Of a stretch of 64,000 nucleotides of DNA, positions 55,001 to 61,954 are shown in pieces. The translations under genes were made by a program, and so were the position numbers. A model generated the notes under the pieces. The model did no database searches and was not told the origin of the DNA. It saw only the letters and a list, made by a program, of their open reading frames with translations. This DNA is from Eledone cirrhosa (taxonomy: Eukaryota), in NCBI GenBank assembly GCA_964016885.1, contig OZ024745.1, forward strand, positions 59,644,001 through 59,708,000, read 5' to 3'. Each line of letters opens with the position of its first letter. Within the stretch, counting starts at the first letter, position 1.

Positions 55001-56400
55001 CTCGACTTGGAGTGAAAACCTCGACTTGGAGTGAAAACCTCGACTTGGAGTGAGAAACTCGACTTGGAGTGAAAACCTCGACTTGGAGTGAGAACCTCGA
55101 CTTGGAGTGAGAACCTCGATTTGGAGTGAAAACCTCGACTTGGAGTGAAAACCTCGACTTGGAGTGAGAACCTCGACTTGGAGTGAAAACCTCGACTTGG
55201 AGTGAGAACCTCGCCTTGGAGTGAAAACCTCGACTTTGAGTGAAAACCTCGATTGGAGTGAAAACCTCAACTTGGAGTGAAAACCTCGACTTGGAGTGAG
55301 AACCTCGACTTGGAGTGAAAACCTCGACTTGGAGTGAGAACCTCGACTTGGAGTGAAAACCTCGACTTGGATTGAAAACCTCGACTTGGAGTGAAAACCT
55401 CGACTTGGAGTGAAAACCTCGACTTGGAGTGAAAACCTCGACTTGGAGTGAGAACCTCGACTTGGAGTGAGAACCTCGACTTGGAGTGAAAACCTCGACT
55501 TGGAGTGAGAACCTCGACTTGGAGTGAAAACCTCGACTTGGAGTGAGAACCTCGACTTGGAGTGAAAACCTCGACTTGGAGTGAAAACCTCGCCTTGGAG
55601 TGAAAACCTCGACTTTGAGTGAGAACCTCGATTGGAGTGAAAACCTCGACTTGGAGTGAAAACCTCGACTTGGAGTGAGAACCTCGACTTGGAGTGAAAA
55701 CCTCGACTTGGAGTGAAAACCTCGACTTGGAGTGAAAACCTCGACTTGGAGTGAAAACCTCGACTTGGAGTGAAAACCTCGACTTGGAGTGAAAACCTCG
55801 ACTTGGAGTGAGAACCTCGACTTGGAGTGAGAACCTCGACTTGGAGTGAAAACCTCGACTTGGAGTGAAAACCTCGACTTGGAGTGAAAACCTCGACTTG
55901 GAGTGAAAACCTCGACTTGGAGTGAGAACCTCGACTTGGAGTGAGAACCTCGACTTGGAGTGAGAACCTCGACTTGGAGTGAGAACCTCGACTTGGAGTG
56001 AAAACCTCGACTTGGAGTGAGAACCTCGACTTGGAGTGAAAACCTCGACTTGGAGTGAGAACCTCGACTTGGAGTGAAAACCTCGACTTGGAGTGAGAAC
56101 CTCGACTTGGAGTGAAAACCTCGACTTGGAGTGAAAACCTCGACTTGGAGTGAGAACCTCGACTTGGAGTGAAAACCTCGACTTGGAGTGAGAACCTCGC
56201 CTTGGAGTGAGAACCTCGACTTGGAGTGAGAACCTCGACTTGGAGTGAGAACCTCGATTTGGAGTGAGAACCTCGACTTGGAGTGAAAACCTCGACTTGG
56301 AGTGAAAACCTCGACTTGGAGTGAAAACCTAGACTTGGAGTGAAAACCTCGATTTGGAGTGAAAACCTCGACTTGGAGTGAAAACCTCGATTTGGAGTGA
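52050..56400 (+). repeat. ~1.8-kb tandem unit lacking the GACAT anchor, about 2.4 copies
   Basis: GTACC 53158/54941 and GGATTG 53589/55372 at offset 1783 = 94x19-3. CCTAGA at 52763, 54565, 56329 (spacings 1802, 1764). Confidence 0.78.
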
Positions 56401-59400
56401 GAACCTCGACTTGGAGTGAGAACCTCGACTTGGAGTGAGAACCTCGACTTGGAGTGAAAACCTCGACTTGGAGTGAGAACCTCGACTTGGAGTGAGAACC
56501 TCGACTTGGAGTGAGAACCTCGACTTGGAGTGAAAACCTCGACTTGGAGTGAGAACCTCGACTTGGAGTGAAAACCTCGACTTGGAGTGAGAACCTCGCC
56601 TTGGAGTGAAAACCTCGACTTGGAGTGAAAACCTCGACTTGGAGTGAGAACCTCGACTTGGAGTGAAAACCTCGACTTGGAGTGAGAACCTCGACTTGGA
56701 GTGAGAACCTCGACTTGGAGTGAAAACCTCGACTTGGAGTGAAAACCTCGACTTGGAGTGAAAACCTCGACTTGGAGTGAGAACCTCGACTTGGAGTGAG
56801 AACCTCGACTTGGAGTGAGAACCTCGACTTGGAGTGAGAACCTCGACTTGGAGTGAAAACCTCGATTTGGAGTGAGAATCTCGACTTGGAGTGAAAACCT
56901 CGATTTGGAGTGAAAACCTCGACTTGGAGTGAAAACCTCGACTTGGAGTGAGAACCTCGACTTGGAGTGAGAACCTCGACTTGGAGTGAGAACCTCGACT
57001 TGGAGTGAAAACCTCGACTTGGAGTGAGAACCTCGACTTGGAGTGAGAACCTCGACTTGGAGTGAGAACCTCGACTTGGAGTGAAAACCTCGACTTGGAG
57101 TGAGAACCTCGACTTGGAGTGAGAACCTCGACTTGGAGTGAAAACCTCGACTTGGAGTGAGAACCTCGACTTGGAGTGAAAACCTCGACTTGGAGTGAGA
57201 ACCTCGACTTGGAGTGAAAACCTCGACTTGGAGTGAAAACCTCGACTTGGAGTGAAAACCTCGACTTGGAGTGAGAACCTCGACTTGGAGTGAAAACCTC
57301 GACTTGGAGTGAGAACCTCGCCTAGGAGTGAAAACCTCCACTTTGAGTGAGAACCTCGATTGGAGTGAAAACCTCGACTTGGAGTGAGAACCTCGACTTG
57401 GAGTGAAAACCTCGACTTGGAGTGAGAACCTCGACTTGGAGTGAAAACCTCGACTTGGAGTGAAAACCTCGGCTTGGAGTGAAAACCTCGACTTGGAGTG
57501 AAAACCTCGGCTTGGAGTGAAAACCTCGACTTGGAGTGAAAACCTCGACTTGGAGTGAAAACCTCGACTTGGAGTGAGAACCTCGAGTTGGAGTGAGAAC
57601 CTCGACTTGGAGTGAGAACCTCGACTTGGAGTGAAAACCTCGACATGGAGTGAGAACCTCGACTTGGAGTGAAAACCTCGACATGGAGTGAAAACCGCGA
57701 CTTGGAGTGAGAACCTCGTCTTGGAGTGAAAACCTCGACTTGGAGTGAAAACCTCGACTTGGAGTGAAAACCTCGACTTGGAGTGAGAACCTCGACTTGG
57801 AGTGAAAACCTCGACTTGGAGTGAGAACCTCGCCTTGGAGTGAAAACCTTGACTTTGAGTGAGAACCTCGATTGGAGTGAAAACCTCGACTTGGAGTGAG
57901 AACCTCGACTTGGAGTGAAAACCTCGACTTGGAGTGAGAACCTCGACTTGGAGTGAAAACCTCGACTTGGAGTGAAAACCTCGACTTGGAGTGAAAACCT
58001 CGACTTGGAGTGAAAACCTCGACTTGGAGTGAAAACCTCGACTTGGAGTGAAAACCTCGACTTGGAGTGAGAACCTCGACTTGGAGTGAAAACCTCGACT
58101 TGGAGTGAGAACCTCGACTTGGAGTGAGAACCTCGATTTGGAGTGAAAACCTCGACTTGGAGTGAAAACCTCGACTTGGAGTGAGAACCTCGACTTGGAG
58201 TGAAAACCTCGACTTGGAGTGAGAACCTCGCCTTGGAGTGAAAACCTCGACTTTGAGTGAGAACCTCGATTGGAGTGAAAACCTCGACTTGGAGTGAAAA
58301 CCTCGACTTGGAGTGAGAACCTCGACTTGGAGTGAAAACCTCGACTTGGAGTGAAAACCTCGACTTGGAGTGAAAACCTCGACTTGGAGTGAAAACCTCG
58401 ACTTGGAGTGAAAACCTCGACTTGGAGTGAAAACCTCGACTTGGAGTGAGAACCTCGACTTGGAGTGAGAACCTCGACTTGGAGTGAAAACCTCGACTTG
58501 GAGTGAAAACCTCGACTTGGAGTGAAAACCTCGACTTGGAGTGAGAACCTCGACTTGGAGTGAGAACCTCGACTTGGAGTGAGAACCTCGACTTGGAGTG
58601 AGAACCTCGACTTGGAGTGAGAACCTCGACTTGGAGTGAAAACCTCGACTTGGAGTGAGAACCTCGACTTGGAGTGAAAACCTCGACTTGGAGTGAGAAC
58701 CTCGACTTGGAGTGAAAACCTCGACTTGGAGTGAAAACCTCGACTTGGAGTGAGAACCTCGACTTGGAGTGAAAACCTCGACTTGGAGTGAGAACCTCGC
58801 CTTGGAGTGAGAACCTCGACTTGGAGTGAGAACCTCGACTTGGAGTGAGAACCTCGATTTGGAGTGAGAACCTCGACTTGGAGTGAAAACCTCGACTTGG
58901 AGTGAGAACCTCGACTTGGAGTGAAAACCTCGACTTGGATTGAAAACCTCGACTTGGAGTGAAAACCTCGACTTGGAGTGAAAACCTCGACTTGGAGTGA
59001 AAACCTCGACTTGGAGTGAGAACCTCGACTTGGAGTGAGAACCTCGACTTGGAGTGAAAACCTCGACTTGGAGTGAGAACCTCGACTTGGAGTGAAAACC
59101 TCGACTTGGAGTGAGAACCTCGACTTGGAGTGAAAACCTCGACTTGGAGTGAGAACCTCGCCTTGGAGTGAAAACCTCGACTTTGAGTGAGAACCTCGAT
59201 TGGAGTGAAAACCTCGACTTGGAGTGAAAACCTCGACTTGGAGTGAGAACCTCGACTTGGAGTGAAAACCTCGACTTGGAGTGAAAACCTCGACTTGGAG
59301 TGAAAACCTCGACTTGGAGTGAAAACCTCGACTTGGAGTGAAAACCTCGACTTGGAGTGAAAACCTCGACTTGGAGTGAAAACCTCGACTTGGAGTGAGA

Positions 59401-61954
59401 ACCTCGACTTGGAGTGAGAACCTCGACTTGGAGTGAAAACCTCGACTTGGAGTGAAAACCTCGACTTGGAGTGAAAACCTCGACTTGGAGTGAAAACCTC
59501 GACTTGGAGTGAGAACCTCGACTTGGAGTGAGAACCTCGACTTGGAGTGAGAACCTCGACTTGGAGTGAGAACCTCGACTTGGAGTGAAAACCTCGACTT
59601 GGAGTGAGAACCTCGACTTGGAGTGAAAACCTCGACTTGAAGTGAGAACCTCGACTTGGAGTGAAAACCTCGACTTGGAGTGAGAACCTCGACTTGGAGT
59701 GAAAACCTCGACTTGGAGTGAAAACCTCGACTTGGAGTGAGAACCTCGACTTGGAGTGAAAACCTCGACTTGGAGTGAGAACCTCGCCTTGGAGTGAGAA
59801 CCTCGACTTGGAGTGAGAACCTCGACTTGGAGTGAGAACCTCGATTTGGAGTGAGAACCTCGACTTGGAGTGAAAACCTCGACTTGGAGTGAAAACCTCG
59901 ACTTGGAGTGAAAACCTAGACTTGGAGTGAAAACCTAGACTTGGAGTGAAAACCTCGATTTGGAGTGAAAACCTCGACTTGGAGTGAAAACCTCGATTTG
60001 GAGTGAAAACCTCGACTTGGAGTGAGAACCTCGACTTGGAGTGAGAACCTCGACTTGGAGTGAAAACCTCGACTTGGAGTGAGAACCTCGACTTGGAGTG
60101 AGAACCTCGACTTGGAGTGAGAACCTCGACTTGGAGTGAAAACCTCGACTTGGAGTGAGAACCTCGACTTGGAGTGAAAACCTCGACTTGGAGTGAGAAC
60201 CTCGCCTTGGAGTGAAAACCTCGACTTGGAGTGAAAACCTCGACTTGGAGTGAGAACCTCGACTTGGAGTGAAAACCTCGACTTGGAGTGAGAACCTCGA
60301 CTTGGAGTGAGAACCTCGACTTGGAGTGAAAACCTCGACTTGGAGTGAAAACCTCGACTTGGAGTGAAAACCTCGACTTGGAGTGAGAACCTCGACTTGG
60401 AGTGAGAACCTCGACTTGGAGTGAGAACCTCGATTTGGAGTGAGAACCTCGATTTGGAGTGAGAACCTCGACTTGGAGTGAAAACCTCGATTTGGAGTGA
60501 GAATCTCGACTTGGAGTGAAAACCTCGATTTGGAGTGAAAACCTCGACTTGGAGTGAAAACCTCGACTTGGAGTGAGAACCTCGACTTGGAGTGAGAACC
60601 TCGACTTGGAGTGAGAACCTCGACTTGGAGTGAAAACCTCGACTTGGAGTGAGAACCTCGACTTGGAGTGAGAACCTCGACTTGGAGTGAGAACCTCGAG
60701 TTGGAGTGAGAACCTCGACTTGGAGTGAAAACCTCGACTTGGAGTGAGAACCTCGACTTGGAGTGAAAACCTCGACTTGGAGTGAGAACCTCGACTTGGA
60801 GTGAAAACCTCGACTTGGAGTGAGAACCTCGACTTGGAGTGAAAACCGCGACTTGGAGTGAGAACCTCGACTTGGAGTGAGAACCTCGACTTGGAGTGAA
60901 AACCTCGACTTGGAGTGAAAACCTCGACTTGGAGTGAGAACCTCGACTTGGAGTGAAAACCTCGACTTGGAGTGAGAACCTCGCCTAGGAGTGAAAACCT
61001 CCACTTTGAGTGAGAACCTCGATTGGAGTGAAAACCTCGACTTGGAGTGAGAACCTCGACTTGGAGTGAAAACCTCGACTTGGAGTGAGAACCTCGACTT
61101 GGAGTGAAAACCTCGACTTGGAGTGAAAACCTCGGCTTATAGTGAAAACCTCGACTTGGAGTGAAAACCTCGGCTTGGAGTGAAAACCTCGACTTGGAGT
61201 GAAAACCTCGACTTGGAGTGAAAACCTCGACTTGGAGTGAGAACCTCGAGTTGGAGTGAGAACCTCGACTTGGAGTGAGAACCTCGACTTGGAGTGAAAA
61301 CCTCGACATGGAGTGAGAACCTCGACTTGGAGTGAAAACCTCGACATGGAGTGAAAACCGCGACTTGGAGTGAGAACCTCGTCTTGGAGTGAAAACCTCG
61401 ACTTGGAGTGAAAACCTCGACTTGGAGTGAGAACCTCGACTTGGAGTGAAAACCTCGACTTGGAGTGAGAACCTCGCCTTGGAGTGAAAACCTCGACTTT
61501 GAGTGAGAACCTCGATTGGAGTGAAAACCTCGACTTGGAGTGAGAACCTCGACTTCGAGTGAAAACCTCGACTTGGAGTGAGAACCTCGACTTGGAGTGA
61601 AAACCTCGACTTGGAGTGAAAACCTCGACTTGGAGTGAAAACCTCGACTTGGAGTGAAAACCTCGACTTGGAGTGAAAACCTCGACTTGGAGTGAAAACC
61701 TCGACTTGGAGTGAAAACCTCGACTTGGAGTGAGAACCTCGACTTGGAGTGAGAACCTCGACTTGGAGTGAAAACCTCGACTTGGAGTGAGAACCTCGAC
61801 TTGGAGTGAGAACCTCGATTTGGAGTGAAAACCTCGACTTGGAGTGAAAACCTCGACTTGGAGTGAGAACCTCGACTTGGAGTGAAAACCTCGACTTGGA
61901 GTGAAACCTCGACTTGGAGTGAAAACCTCGACTTGGAGTGAGAACCTCGATTGG

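Larger units (their letters stand above)
1450..61347 (+). repeat. Variable-length higher-order repeat (HOR) series anchored by a pair of GACATGG variant monomers 38 bp apart (23 anchors)
   Basis: T of the first CAT of each pair: 1452, 5553, 9692, 13147, 15101, 15500, 17454, 20320, 22958, 24267, 26905, 28859, 31763, 34363, 37039, 38575, 41251, 43681, 46109, 48406, 51499, 57646, 61309. Each pair is preceded by GAGTT and followed by CCGCG and GTCTT variants. A GGCTT pair also precedes all but 43681 and 48406. Confidence 0.93.

Noticed and set aside
250-61347. The 25 or so minus-strand ORFs of 120-3,576 aa as protein-coding genes
   Set aside because: They overlap in all three frames and encode the same 19-aa repeat. 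They start and stop only at satellite point variants (CAT, CAC, CAA; CTA, TCA) and have no unique domain or gene context. This is the expected artefact of a stop-free 19-bp monomer.
1-61900. Canonical telomerase-synthesised telomere tract
   Set aside because: There is no TTAGGG/TTAGG-like G-rich motif. Multi-kb blocks with faithfully copied rare variants indicate recombination or replication-based amplification. The idea is kept only as a hypothesis for the marker-free right end.
61901-61910. Unique 18-bp monomer GTGAAACC as a distinct biological variant class
   Set aside because: It is a single occurrence in an A homopolymer, the commonest long-read error type, and cannot be trusted without reads.
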